Shown: one piece after another, positions 19,709 through 29,618 of the stretch | How the letters are laid out: each line of letters begins with the position of its first letter | Position numbering within the stretch: position 1 is the stretch's first letter | Source of the DNA: an uncultured Chloroflexia bacterium | Lineage (GTDB): Bacteria > Chloroflexota > Limnocylindria > Limnocylindrales > CSP1-4 | DNA length: 64,000 nucleotides | NCBI GenBank assembly: GCA_963840375.1 | Contig: CAWIYR010000001.1 | Span: 588,810-652,809 of the forward strand | Direction of reading: 5' to 3' | The notes under the pieces: generated by a model | Database searches by the model: none | What the model saw: only the letters and a program-made list of their open reading frames with translations | What the model was told of the DNA's origin: nothing | Program-made: the position numbers and the translations under genes

Positions 19709-20812
19709 TCATCGGCTGAACAGGATCTCGAGGACGTCGCCGTCCCGGACCAGGTAGGTCTTGCCCTCCGACCGGAGCTTGCCGTGCTTCCGGGCCTCGG
19801 CCGTCGAACCGAGCGCCAGGAGGTCTTCGTAGGCCACCGTCTCGGCGCGGATGAACCCCTTCGCCAGGTCCGTGTGGATCGCGCCGGCGGCGTCGACGGC
19901 GGTCGATCCCGCGGGGATCGGCCAGGCCCGGACCTCGTCCGGCCCCGCCGTGAGGAAGCTGATGAGCCCGAGCAGTCGGTACGACAGGGCGATCACCCGA
20001 TCGAGGCTCGAGCCGTGCACGCCGAGCTCGTCCATGAAGACCCCCGCCTCCTCCGGGTCGAGCTCGCCGAGCTCCATCTCGATCCTGGCCGAGAGCGCGT
20101 CGACGATCGCCCGTTGGTGCTCGTAGCGGCCGGCGATCCCGGCCACGATCTCGGCCTCGCGGGCGATGTCGTCCTCGCCGACGTTCAGGAGGACGAGGAC
20201 CGGCTTCTGGGTCAGGAACCGGAAGCCGCGGATCGCCTTCTCCTCCTCTGGGGCGAGCTCGGTGTCGCGGATCGGTCGACCCTCGACCAGGCCGGCGTGG
20301 ATCCGCTCGAGGATCGCCTCCTCGCGCTCGTTCGCGTCCCGCTCCGCCTGCGTGCCGTGGCGACCGGTGGCCCTCAGCCGCTCGAGACGGCGCTCGCTCA
20401 TCGCAAGGTCGGCGAGGATGAACTCGAGGTCGAGCCGCTCGAGGTCCCGCCATGGGTCGACGGACCCATCGGCGTGGGGCACCGAGGGGTTCTCGAATGC
20501 CCGGACGACGTGGAGGAGGGCGTCGGAGTCGCGCAGCCGGGCGAGGTGCTCGGCCGGCAGCTCTTCCGTGCCGACCCGGCCCTCGGACGATGCCGGGGGT
20601 GCCGGCAGGTCGACGTAGGTGACGTCGGCGTGGACGATCTTCTTCGGCTTGAAGATGGCCGCCAGTCGGTCGAGACGCTCGTCGGGGACCTTGACCACCC
20701 CGACATTGAGCTGGAGACCGCCGAACCCCCCGGTCTCGGCGTGGCCCCGGGTCAGGGTGTTGAAGACGGTGGTCTTGCCCGAGGCGGCAAGCCCGACGAT
20801 CGCGATCTGCAT
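19709..20812 (-). CDS. ychF: Obg-family ATPase YchF
   Basis: GLAASGKTT, YVDLP, LHVVRAF, KPVL, IHTDLAKGFIRAE and EGKTYLVRDGDV motifs. Confidence 0.93.
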   Translation of the reverse strand: MQIAIVGLAASGKTTVFNTLTRGHAETGGFGGLQLNVGVVKVPDERLDRLAAIFKPKKIVHADVTYVDLPAPPASSEGRVGTEELPAEHLARLRDSDALLHVVRAFENPSVPHADGSVDPWRDLERLDLEFILADLAMSERRLERLRATGRHGTQAERDANEREEAILERIHAGLVEGRPIRDTELAPEEEKAIRGFRFLTQKPVLVLLNVGEDDIAREAEIVAGIAGRYEHQRAIVDALSARIEMELGELDPEEAGVFMDELGVHGSSLDRVIALSYRLLGLISFLTAGPDEVRAWPIPAGSTAVDAAGAIHTDLAKGFIRAETVAYEDLLALGSTAEARKHGKLRSEGKTYLVRDGDVLEILFSR

Positions 20813-20862
20813 ACCGGTGATTGTGGCCGACCCGGCGGCGAGGCGTTCGCGATCGAACGGGC

Positions 20863-21954
20863 TCAGTACCCCGCGGTGGGGTCGACGACGTTGAGGAGGG
20901 GCTGGCCGCCGGCGTAGCGGCGAAGGTTCTCCGCGAAGAGCTCCACGCTCCGGTCGAGGACCCGGCCGCTCGACCAGGCCGTGTGGGGAGTCACGATCAC
21001 GTTCGGCAGGTCGTAGAAGGGTGAGCCGGGCATCAGCGGCTCATCGCGGAACGTGTCGAGGACGGCACCGCCCAGGGGTCCCTCGCGGAGCGCCCGGAGG
21101 AGCGCCCGCTCGTCGACGAGTCGGCCTCGGGCGACGTTGATCAGCCAGGCCCCGGGCTTCATCCCGGCCAGGGCCGCCTCGTCGATCATCCCCTCCGTGG
21201 CAGGCGTGAGCGGGGCGGCCAGGACGACGAAGTCCGAATCGGCGAGCAGGTCGGCGAGGCCCTCCGGCCCGGTCACCCGTTCCAGCATGAGCTCGCCGAG
21301 GGCCGGCTCGCCGTGGTCCCCGTCGCCGGCCGGGTCATCTCCCGGGGCCGCAGACCGCGCGGCATCGACCTCCTCGTCCGAGCGTCGTCGGGTGGCGATG
21401 ACCCGGCAGCCGAAGGCGGTCGCCAGCGCACCCACCGCGCGCCCGATCGAGCCGAGGCCGACGATCCCCACGGTCACGTCGCGGAGCTCGGCTCCCTCGA
21501 GCGGTTGCCACGTCCGCTCGCGCTGGAGCTCGAGGAGCTGGGGCAGCCGCCGGCTCACCGCGAGGATCATCATCATCACGTACTCGGCGATCGGCCGGCT
21601 GAAGACGCCCCGGGCGTTGGTCACCACGAGGCCGCGCTCCCGGCCGGTCGGGGTGAGGACCCGCTCCACGCCCGCCGATGCGGAGTGGACCCAGGTCAGC
21701 CGCGGGGCGTGGGTGAGGAGCCGGTCGAAGGCCTCGGCCGAGAGGAACCCCCGGAGGAGGACCTCGACGTCGTCGAGCGGGCCGTCGGCCAGTCCCTCGA
21801 TCGAGACGGTCACGAGCCGGGCCCCGGGCGCAGCCGCCCGGATCCGCTCGAGGTCCCGGGCGCGGTAGCGCGCCGACAGGATCGGGCTGAGGGCGATCGC
21901 CGCCGGCACGCCGTGGGGTCCGCGTCCGGGCCCGGCCACTGCCCGATGGGTCAC
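20863..21954 (-). CDS. D-2-hydroxyacid dehydrogenase
   Basis: HSASAGV, NARG, GIVGLGSIG, INVARG, LDTF and TPHTA motifs. GTG start adjacent to the upstream stop. Confidence 0.92.
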   Translation of the reverse strand: MTHRAVAGPGRGPHGVPAAIALSPILSARYRARDLERIRAAAPGARLVTVSIEGLADGPLDDVEVLLRGFLSAEAFDRLLTHAPRLTWVHSASAGVERVLTPTGRERGLVVTNARGVFSRPIAEYVMMMILAVSRRLPQLLELQRERTWQPLEGAELRDVTVGIVGLGSIGRAVGALATAFGCRVIATRRRSDEEVDAARSAAPGDDPAGDGDHGEPALGELMLERVTGPEGLADLLADSDFVVLAAPLTPATEGMIDEAALAGMKPGAWLINVARGRLVDERALLRALREGPLGGAVLDTFRDEPLMPGSPFYDLPNVIVTPHTAWSSGRVLDRSVELFAENLRRYAGGQPLLNVVDPTAGY

Positions 21955-21955
21955 C

Positions 21956-23158
21956 TCAGGACACCATGACCCGGGCCAGCCAGCGCTGCGGCGCCTCGAT
22001 CTCGCCATCCCGGGGAAGGGTCTCGGGTCCGCTCCAGAGCCGCGCGAGCGCGGTCGGTCCGCCACGCTCGGCGATCGTCCGCACGAACCGCTCGCCCTTC
22101 TTGTACTGCTCGAGCTTCATGTCCATCCCGGTGATCCGCATGATCGCGCGCTCGAAGCCCGACTTGCGCTGCTCCCTCCGGGCGTGGAAGCGGGCGCTGA
22201 TCCGCTCGACGTCGGGCACCAGATCCTTCCCGACCTCGTCCATGATGTAGTCGCTGAAGCCCTCGAGCAGGCTCATCACCGCCTGGGTCTCCCGGAAGAG
22301 GCGACGCTGCTCGTCGCTCATCAGCCGCTCCATCCAGTGCCCGGCGTCGGGGTCGCGCCGGAGCGAGCGGCCGAGCCGCCCGAGGAGGTCCGGGGCCATC
22401 CCCCGGGAGCCCGACGAGAATGCCATGAGCTGGCGCTCGAGCCGGTCGGCGAGGTACGGCCGAAGCCAGGGATGCGCCTCGAACTCGAACGCGTGGGTCG
22501 TCTCGTGGAGGGCGATCCAGGTCCGGAAGTCGTCGAGCGGCAGGCCCAGGTTCCGGGCGGTCAGCCGGATGTTCTCCTCGACGAAGAGGAGCCGGCCGGG
22601 GGTCATCTCGGCGCTCAGCAGGGCGAGGTCGTACTGGCCCAGGACACGGGCGCCCATGAACCCCAGGAGGAGGCCGATCTGGCGGGTGGTCACCCAGCGG
22701 TTGGCGAGGGCGACCCCGGCCTGACCGATCCCGCCGCCGGGCGGGATGATCTGGTCGAGCAGCTCGCCTTCGAGCCGGCCGATGAGGGCGGCGAAGCTGG
22801 TCGAGTTGGCGCGGACCCAGCCCGCCCGATCGACCACGCCGGACCGCGCGACCACCCCGGGGAGCTCCGCGCCGAGAGCCTCCGAGAGGCGGGGCACGAT
22901 CCGGGTCATCGTCGCCGCGTAGGCCGGCTCGGCCGCGGCGAGCTCGGCCGGGTCGAGGGCGCCCGGGGCTCGACGGAGCCGCCCCGCGGCGATCCGCTCC
23001 GCGGCCGGCCAGTCGACCAGTCCCTTCCGCGCCGATCGCTCCATCCGTCGCCCGACGACGGTCGCCGCGACCCCCAGCGCCGAACCGACGAGGAAGCCGG
23101 CCTGCCAGATGCGATCGTTCCGGCCCGAGCCGGTCCCGGCCGGGTCGCCCCGGGTCAC
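21956..23158 (-). CDS. Zinc-dependent metalloprotease (Zincin_2/DUF2342 family)
   Basis: GQYD, WIALHETTHAFEF, MSLLEGFSDYIMD and KLEQYKKGERF motifs. Confidence 0.88.
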   Translation of the reverse strand: MTRGDPAGTGSGRNDRIWQAGFLVGSALGVAATVVGRRMERSARKGLVDWPAAERIAAGRLRRAPGALDPAELAAAEPAYAATMTRIVPRLSEALGAELPGVVARSGVVDRAGWVRANSTSFAALIGRLEGELLDQIIPPGGGIGQAGVALANRWVTTRQIGLLLGFMGARVLGQYDLALLSAEMTPGRLLFVEENIRLTARNLGLPLDDFRTWIALHETTHAFEFEAHPWLRPYLADRLERQLMAFSSGSRGMAPDLLGRLGRSLRRDPDAGHWMERLMSDEQRRLFRETQAVMSLLEGFSDYIMDEVGKDLVPDVERISARFHARREQRKSGFERAIMRITGMDMKLEQYKKGERFVRTIAERGGPTALARLWSGPETLPRDGEIEAPQRWLARVMVS

Positions 23159-24075
23159 GCTGCGCTCTCGCGGAGCGTGACCGCCTCGACGTCGGCGAAG
23201 CCGGGGCCGAAGAGCCGCTCGGCCAATCGGTGGAAGGCGGCCGGGTCGCCGGTCGTGAGCTGCCGATGGACCGGCACCGCCGAGCGGCCGACCGGCGCGT
23301 CGTGGCCCTCGCGTCCGGGATCGGCGGCGGTGCCCCGGCTCGAGCCAGGGGCCTCCAGGGCGTTCGTCGCCAGCAGCTCCACCAACGCCGACGCGGTCGC
23401 CGTCGCCGAGTCCACGACCGCGACCCCCTCCCCCGCCACGGCCTGGATGATCGGCCGGAGGAGCGGGTAGTGGGTGCAGCCGAGGAGGAGCGTGTCGATC
23501 CTGGCCGAGGGCGGCAGCGGGAAGATGAACTCCCCGTCGGCGTCCCGCTCGCCGAGGAGCGGGGCGAGCGCGTCGCGGACCTCGGCCTCGACGGCCGATC
23601 CGGCGAGCCGACCCGCCTCGACCATCGGGACGAAGGTCGGCGTGGCGTGCTCGTAGACCTCGACCGCCGGGTTCTCCTCCTTGATGGCGTTGAAGTAGGC
23701 GTGCGACCGGACCGTCGCGGGCGTGGCGATGACCCCCACCCGCCGCACGCGGGTCGCCAGCGCCGCGGCCGCGGCCCCGGGCCGGATGACCCCCAGGATC
23801 GGCACCGGATAGCGCCGGCGCAGGTCGGCCAGGGCCACCGCGGTGGACGTGTTGCAGGCGACCACGACCGCCTTGACGTCCCGCTCGGTGAGGCGGTCGA
23901 TGGCCTGGCGGCTGAAGGCGAGGACCTCCTCGTCGGTCCGCGTCCCGTAGGGCGCCCGGGCATTGTCGCCGAGATAGATGGTGGATTCCGCGGGCAGCCG
24001 GCGGACGATCTCGCTGAGGACCGTCAGACCGCCGACCCCGGAGTCGAAGACGCCGATCGGTCGCGCGTCGGCCAC
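23155..24075 (-). CDS. murI: Glutamate racemase
   Basis: PIGVFDSGVGGLTV, APYG, ACNTST and LGCTHYP motifs. Confidence 0.96.
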   Translation of the reverse strand: MADARPIGVFDSGVGGLTVLSEIVRRLPAESTIYLGDNARAPYGTRTDEEVLAFSRQAIDRLTERDVKAVVVACNTSTAVALADLRRRYPVPILGVIRPGAAAAALATRVRRVGVIATPATVRSHAYFNAIKEENPAVEVYEHATPTFVPMVEAGRLAGSAVEAEVRDALAPLLGERDADGEFIFPLPPSARIDTLLLGCTHYPLLRPIIQAVAGEGVAVVDSATATASALVELLATNALEAPGSSRGTAADPGREGHDAPVGRSAVPVHRQLTTGDPAAFHRLAERLFGPGFADVEAVTLRESAA

Positions 24076-24076
24076 G

Positions 24077-25225
24077 TCAGTGTCGGGACCCGACCGGCGT
24101 CCGCTGGGTCGCCAGGAGCTCGGTGGCGACCGACACGATGTCCTGGCTGGCCTGCGCCCCGGGGTCGGCCAGGATGAACGGGACACCTTCGTTGTTCGAC
24201 TGGACGACCAGCCGCCCGTCGGACACGACACTGTGCTCCGGCACGCGCCCGATCGCGCCGGCAAGCTCGGTCTCGCCGATGCCTCCCGACGAATCGGACC
24301 GGTTCACCAGGTACCGGACCTTGGTCGGCGCGTAGCCAAGCGACCGGAAGGTGTCGGCCATCGTCAGGGTGTTGTGGATCGTCGTCGAGTCGTAGGTGAC
24401 GATCTCGATGATCGTGTCGGCCACGTCGAGGAAGGCGAGGGTCCGTTCGTCCAGGCCGGCCATCGTGTCGATGACGATGACGTCGTAGACCCGACGCAGC
24501 AGCGACAGGGTCTTGTCGATGTCCCGGACGCTGACCATCTCGTTCTGCTCGACCCGGGGTGGTGCGAGGAGGATGTCGATCCCCGACGGGTCCCGCCACA
24601 GGACGTCCGAGAGGTCCGCCTCGGAGATCCGATCGGTGGGCAGGTCCACGATCGACGGCGCGTTCATCGGGACGCGCAGGAGCGCCCGGAGGTCGCCGAA
24701 CTGGAGGCTGCCGTCGATGAGGACCGTCCGGCGACCGGCCTGGCCCATCGCCACCGCCAGGTTGAGGGCGATCGTCGTGGTGCCGACGCCGCCCTTCGGG
24801 GCGAACACGGTGAAGAGACGCGACTCGCCGATCGCCTGCTTCTCCTGGAATGCGGCGCGCACGGCGTGGATCCGGCTGATGAGGTCGTAGCCCGAGAACG
24901 GCATCGACAGGACGGCGTGGATCCCGCTCTCCGGATCCGCCTCGAGCGGCTTCTGCGGGACCGTCAGCACGATCACCGGGACGGGGACGCCGCCGGTCCG
25001 GATCTGCTCGATGAGCTGAGGCGCCTTGACCCGACCCTGGAGCAGGGCGTCGACGATCACCACGTCCGGACGGAGCTGGGCGACCTGGGTCGCGGCCTTG
25101 GCGCCCTCGCTCATCACCTCGAGCAGCTTGATCGTCTGCTGCGAGTTCAGGAGGCTGCGGATGTACTGGGCGACCTGTGGGACGTCCTCGACGACGAGCA
25201 GACGGACCTGTTCGGTGGTGGCCAT
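24077..25225 (-). CDS. Receiver domain + MinD/ParA-like ATPase (CpaE/TadZ-like)
   Basis: REC domain (LLVVED...DVVIVD), then PKGGVGTTT, DGSLQFGD, DVIVIDT, LVNR. Leaderless, with TGGTATAGT 7 nt before the ATG. Confidence 0.87.
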   Translation of the reverse strand: MATTEQVRLLVVEDVPQVAQYIRSLLNSQQTIKLLEVMSEGAKAATQVAQLRPDVVIVDALLQGRVKAPQLIEQIRTGGVPVPVIVLTVPQKPLEADPESGIHAVLSMPFSGYDLISRIHAVRAAFQEKQAIGESRLFTVFAPKGGVGTTTIALNLAVAMGQAGRRTVLIDGSLQFGDLRALLRVPMNAPSIVDLPTDRISEADLSDVLWRDPSGIDILLAPPRVEQNEMVSVRDIDKTLSLLRRVYDVIVIDTMAGLDERTLAFLDVADTIIEIVTYDSTTIHNTLTMADTFRSLGYAPTKVRYLVNRSDSSGGIGETELAGAIGRVPEHSVVSDGRLVVQSNNEGVPFILADPGAQASQDIVSVATELLATQRTPVGSRH

Positions 25226-25274
25226 CGCCCGGACTATACCAAGCCCCGGTCGTACGCCGACGGGTACCCGATGG

Positions 25275-26285
25275 TCATGGGTCGTGCCGCGACACGAGGA
25301 TCTCCATCGCTCCCGGTCGGACGACCGCCTCGAGGCCCCCCGGACCGACACCGTCGCCATCCACCTGGCGGGGCTGAGAGGGCTCGGCGATCACCCGGAT
25401 CCGCCGGCCGCGGGCCCGGTAGGCGTGACCCGAGGGGCTTCCGCCCAGCTCGGTCCGACCGAGGATCTCGAGGGCGCCGCGGATCCCCCCCGGCAGGCTG
25501 CCGACCCGGAGGACGAACAGGTCGAGGAGGCCGTCGTCGGGGAGGATCGGCAATCGCGGCCGAACGAGTCCCGGGACCAGGTCGCCGCAGTTCGCCACCA
25601 GCGCGACGGTCGCCTCGATCTCGATCCGCTCGTCGTCGATCTCGATGCGGTACCCCACCGGGCTGAGGTATCCGAGCAGTCCGAGCGCCGAGACCCAGTA
25701 GGCGAGGCGCCCGATCCGGTGCTTCCTGGCGGCGACGGTCGCCTCCATGACGCGGGCGTCCCAGCCGACGCCCGAGGCGACGGTGAAGAGGCGCTCGGAG
25801 CGTGAACCGTCCTCGACCGCGTCGAGCGCCACGAGGCCGAGGTCGATCGAGCGCCGACTCACCCGGTCCATCGCCCGAAGCGCCGCGATCGGATCGTCCG
25901 GGATCCCGAGCGCCATCGCGAGGACGTTCCCCGTTCCCGCGGGGACGATCGCCAGGGGGATCCCCGAGCCGGCGAGGTCCGACGTGAGCTCCGCGACCGT
26001 CCCGTCGCCGCCGACCGCCACGACGAGCCCGGCGCCCTCGCGGATCGCCTCCGAGCCTGCGGCATCGATCGCCGCGGCGTCCCCGACCGTGATGACCCGG
26101 GGCGGATGACCCGTCGCCGACCGGACCCAGGCATCCACCTCTGCGGCGATCCGGGCGCCCCGGCGCGGGCCCCGCAGGCGTGACGCCAGCGGGTTGATGA
26201 CGACGACCGTGGGGCCGGCGAGGGCGCGGAGATCGACCCGCTCGGTCGGTGTCCCGGCCGGAGGCCCCGGGGCGAGACCGGTCAC
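25275..26285 (-). CDS. Diacylglycerol/lipid kinase family protein
   Basis: VINPLAS, AVGGDGTV, PAGTGNVLA, DDGLLD and QVDGD motifs. Confidence 0.9.
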   Translation of the reverse strand: MTGLAPGPPAGTPTERVDLRALAGPTVVVINPLASRLRGPRRGARIAAEVDAWVRSATGHPPRVITVGDAAAIDAAGSEAIREGAGLVVAVGGDGTVAELTSDLAGSGIPLAIVPAGTGNVLAMALGIPDDPIAALRAMDRVSRRSIDLGLVALDAVEDGSRSERLFTVASGVGWDARVMEATVAARKHRIGRLAYWVSALGLLGYLSPVGYRIEIDDERIEIEATVALVANCGDLVPGLVRPRLPILPDDGLLDLFVLRVGSLPGGIRGALEILGRTELGGSPSGHAYRARGRRIRVIAEPSQPRQVDGDGVGPGGLEAVVRPGAMEILVSRHDP

Positions 26286-27082
26286 GGCCGCACCGCGACG
26301 AGGATGACTCGATCGGCACCCGGGCCGAGCGGCTCGAGGTCGTATCCGCCAGCCATCGTCTCGACGACCAGCCCGGCGGCCTCGGCGAAGCCGCCGAGCT
26401 CGTCGGCGCCGACCAGGCGAAGCCGATCGCGACGGACCCAGCGGACCGGCGGGTCCCCTGGCCCGCCCTCGTCGAAGATCGTCGTCAGGGTCACGGTCTG
26501 GGTCGCGGCATCGTGGACGGCCGCGCCCGACTTCACCACGGTCCGCCGGGTCTCGGGATCCTCGCGGGCGTACTCGAGGATGAGCCGACCGTCGTAGCGA
26601 GCCAGGTCCTCCGCGTCGGGCAGCCACAGGTCGACGACCGCGATGCCTCCGGGCGCGAGATGCTCGGCGAGGGTGCGGACGGCGGCCGCCTGGCTCGACC
26701 GTTCGCCGAACAGCATCAGCGTGTTGAGGGCGATGATGGCCAGGCCGAACGTCCGCGGCTCGCCGGCCTCGTCGTGGAGGCGCAGGTCGACCGCGTCCGC
26801 CTCGACGAGCTCGAGTCGTCCGGCTGCCCCGGGACCGGCGGCCCGCGCTCGGGCGCGGGCGCGACCGAGCATCGCGGGGTCGCGGTCGACGCCGGTCACC
26901 GACCAGCCGGCAGCGGCCAGGGGGACGGCCAGCCGCCCGGTCCCCACGCCGATCTCGAGGATCCCGCCGCCGGCCCGGTCGGCGAGGGCCAGGTAGAGGT
27001 CGACATCGCCAGGGTCGTCGACGAGGTCGACGTCGTAGAGGCGAGCGAGGGCGTCGGCCATCTCCTCCGGCGTGGCGGTCAT
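26282..27082 (-). CDS. Class I SAM-dependent methyltransferase
   Basis: ILEIGVGTGRL, GVDRD and ADA motifs. Leaderless, with TAGCAT 6 nt before the ATG. Confidence 0.9.
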   Translation of the reverse strand: MTATPEEMADALARLYDVDLVDDPGDVDLYLALADRAGGGILEIGVGTGRLAVPLAAAGWSVTGVDRDPAMLGRARARARAAGPGAAGRLELVEADAVDLRLHDEAGEPRTFGLAIIALNTLMLFGERSSQAAAVRTLAEHLAPGGIAVVDLWLPDAEDLARYDGRLILEYAREDPETRRTVVKSGAAVHDAATQTVTLTTIFDEGGPGDPPVRWVRRDRLRLVGADELGGFAEAAGLVVETMAGGYDLEPLGPGADRVILVAVRP

Positions 27083-27128
27083 CGCCTGATGCTACCCGCC
27101 CCGGCCGGGATCGCGGGTATCCACCGGG

Positions 27129-28193
27129 TCAGCGTTCGAACCGGACCGTCCGCCCGTCACGCTTCTTCAGGGCGAGCGCGCTGATCGCCTCGAGGGCGGC
27201 CCGATTGGCGGCCATCGCCGTCGTCTCCGCCTGGTCGTACGGCGGCGAGACCTCGACGATGTCCATCCCGCACAGGTCGACGGCCCCGACGATCTGACGG
27301 ATCGCCCGGAGGACCTCACGGGTGAGCATGCCGCCCGGCTCCGGGGTCCCGGTGCCCGGCGCCATCCCGGGATCGATGACGTCGATGTCGAGGCTCAGGT
27401 AGATCGAGTCCGGGCCGTCGAGCGCCTCGCCGATCGCCTGGGCGATGACCGCCTCCGATCCGCGTTCCTCGATCTCGGTCATGAAGTGGTAGCGCAGGCC
27501 GTGCGCCTTCATCCACTCGAAGACCTCGACCGGCGGCCAGTACCCGCGCAGGCCGACCTGGACGAAGTTCTTGCCCTTGACCGCACCCGACTCGATGAGC
27601 CGGCGCATCGGCGTGCCGTGACCGGCGAGGACCCCCCAATCCTCGTTCGCGGTGTCGGCGTGGGCATCGAAGTGAACGATGCCGATCGAGCCGGGGCGAC
27701 GGACCTCGGCGATCGCCGTGGCCGACGGCCAGGTGATCGAATGGTCGCCCCCGAGGACGATGGGGATCGCTCCGGTCCCCGCGACGTCGCGGATCTTGCG
27801 GTAGATGAGGGCATGGGCCCGGTCGATCCAACCGGGCACGATGTTCGCGTCACCGGCGTCCACGACGTCGAGGATCTCGAACGGCTCCACCCCGAGCTGG
27901 AGCGAGTGGATCGAGCCGGACGTGTACTGGGCCTCGCGGATGGCCCGGGGGCCGAACCGGGCGCCGGAGCGGTGGCTGACCGCATCGTCGAACGGCGCCC
28001 CGATGATCGCCACGTCCGGCCTGCGCCGGGCGAGCTCGACCGGGTCCGAGATCCAGGGCAGCTTCATGAACGAGGTCGGGCCGACATAGGTCGGCAGGTC
28101 GAAGTCGCTGAAGACCTCGTACTCGCGGTCCCAGCCGTTGTGGGCGGCGAAGTCGCGATCAGCGGCGGGGTCGCGATCGTGGCGCTCGGACAT
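27129..28193 (-). CDS. Agmatinase/ureohydrolase family protein
   Basis: PFD, GARFGP, GGDHS, DAHAD, GHGT, SLDIDVIDP and GTGTP motifs. GGAGG SD. Substrate not determinable from sequence. Confidence 0.92.
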   Translation of the reverse strand: MSERHDRDPAADRDFAAHNGWDREYEVFSDFDLPTYVGPTSFMKLPWISDPVELARRRPDVAIIGAPFDDAVSHRSGARFGPRAIREAQYTSGSIHSLQLGVEPFEILDVVDAGDANIVPGWIDRAHALIYRKIRDVAGTGAIPIVLGGDHSITWPSATAIAEVRRPGSIGIVHFDAHADTANEDWGVLAGHGTPMRRLIESGAVKGKNFVQVGLRGYWPPVEVFEWMKAHGLRYHFMTEIEERGSEAVIAQAIGEALDGPDSIYLSLDIDVIDPGMAPGTGTPEPGGMLTREVLRAIRQIVGAVDLCGMDIVEVSPPYDQAETTAMAANRAALEAISALALKKRDGRTVRFER

Positions 28194-28371
28194 CGAGGTC
28201 CTCCGAGACGGGCGGCAGACCCTCACGGGCCGCGCGGGACGGGACCGTCTCTGGGGGCGCCGCCGGTTCGCATCCGACGTCCAGCGGGGCGCGCCGGGCC
28301 GATCGTAGCATCCGCCGATCGACGGCCGGCGTCGGATCCGTGGCAGCCCGGCTGCCCGGACTCCCGAACGG

Positions 28372-29604
28372 TCAGGCCGGCGAGCCGGGCCGCGCGCTCC
28401 GGAACTCCTGCCAGGCTGTCTCCACCAGGGCCGGATCGGCGAACAGCTCGTACGCCGTCTGCGCGACGAGGGTCGCGGCGAGCAGAGTCACCTCGTCGCC
28501 CAGGGCCGATGCCGCCGCCTCGCGGAACTCGATCGAGTGCCCCGGGGTGCCCTCGGCGCAGATCGCGATCGAGGGGTGGATCGTCGGGAGGATCTGGCTG
28601 ACATTGCCCATGTCGCTGCTGCCGAGGTAGTCGGACGGCGGCTGGTCGGCCACCCCGTAGGCCGCCATGTTCGCCGCGAACCGGTCACCGATCGTGGCGT
28701 TGTGGTTCATCGTCGATGCGCCGCCGTCGAAGACCACCTCGACCGTGCAGCCGGTCGCCGCCGCCGCGGCCTCGCACATCTCCCGGAACCGGTCGCGCAT
28801 CTCGAGGTACTCGGCCTCGCGGGGCGACCGGACCATGAACCAGCCCCGCGCCCGACCGGGGATGATGTTCGCGGCGGTCCCACCCTCCTGGACGATCCCG
28901 TGGACCCGGACATCCGGCCGGAGCTGCTGCCGCCACAGCCCGACCGCGGAGAACAGGAGGATGAGCGCGTCCAGCGCGTTCCGGCCCATCCACGGCTCCG
29001 AGGCGGCGTGCGCCTGGAACCCGTGGAACGTGACGTAGACGTCCTCGCTCGCGAGCAGCCGACAGGTGACATAGGACGTGTCCGAGGGGTGGAAGAGGAG
29101 CGCCGCGTCCAGCCCGTCGAAGAGCCCGTCCCGGATCATGTGCGCCTTGCCGGAACCGCGTTCCTCGGCCGGCGTGCCGAGGAAGACGATCTCGCCGGGC
29201 AGCTCCGGGGCGACCTCGGCGAGGGCGATCGCCGCGCCCACACCCGACGCGGCCATCGTGTTGTGCCCACACCCGTGCCCGAGCCCGGGCAGGGCGTCGT
29301 ACTCGGCCAGGATCCCGATCCTCGGCCGCTCCCCTCCCCGGCCACCGGCCAGCCGGCCACGAACCGCCGTGGCCAGGCTCCCGACGGGGTGCTCGACGAC
29401 GTAGCCATGGCGCCGGAGCGACTCGGCGACCATGGCGGACGCGTGGAACTCCTCGAATGCCGGCTCGGGATCGGCGTGGATCAGGTGCGAGAGTTCGAGG
29501 ATCTCGTCGCGGCGGGCCACGACGGCCCGGGCGATCCTCGCCTTTCCCTCGGCGAACGGCTCGGCCGGGGCCGTCGTGGCGAGGTCGAAGGTCTCGGTGG
29601 TCAT
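28372..29604 (-). CDS. M20 family amidohydrolase (ACY1L2/AbgB-like)
   Basis: AEYDALP, HGCGHN, GTPAEE, HAASEPW, GGTAANIIP and GSSDMGNVS motifs. Confidence 0.92.
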   Translation of the reverse strand: MTTETFDLATTAPAEPFAEGKARIARAVVARRDEILELSHLIHADPEPAFEEFHASAMVAESLRRHGYVVEHPVGSLATAVRGRLAGGRGGERPRIGILAEYDALPGLGHGCGHNTMAASGVGAAIALAEVAPELPGEIVFLGTPAEERGSGKAHMIRDGLFDGLDAALLFHPSDTSYVTCRLLASEDVYVTFHGFQAHAASEPWMGRNALDALILLFSAVGLWRQQLRPDVRVHGIVQEGGTAANIIPGRARGWFMVRSPREAEYLEMRDRFREMCEAAAAATGCTVEVVFDGGASTMNHNATIGDRFAANMAAYGVADQPPSDYLGSSDMGNVSQILPTIHPSIAICAEGTPGHSIEFREAAASALGDEVTLLAATLVAQTAYELFADPALVETAWQEFRSARPGSPA

Positions 29605-29618
29605 GGGGCCTCCTCGGC

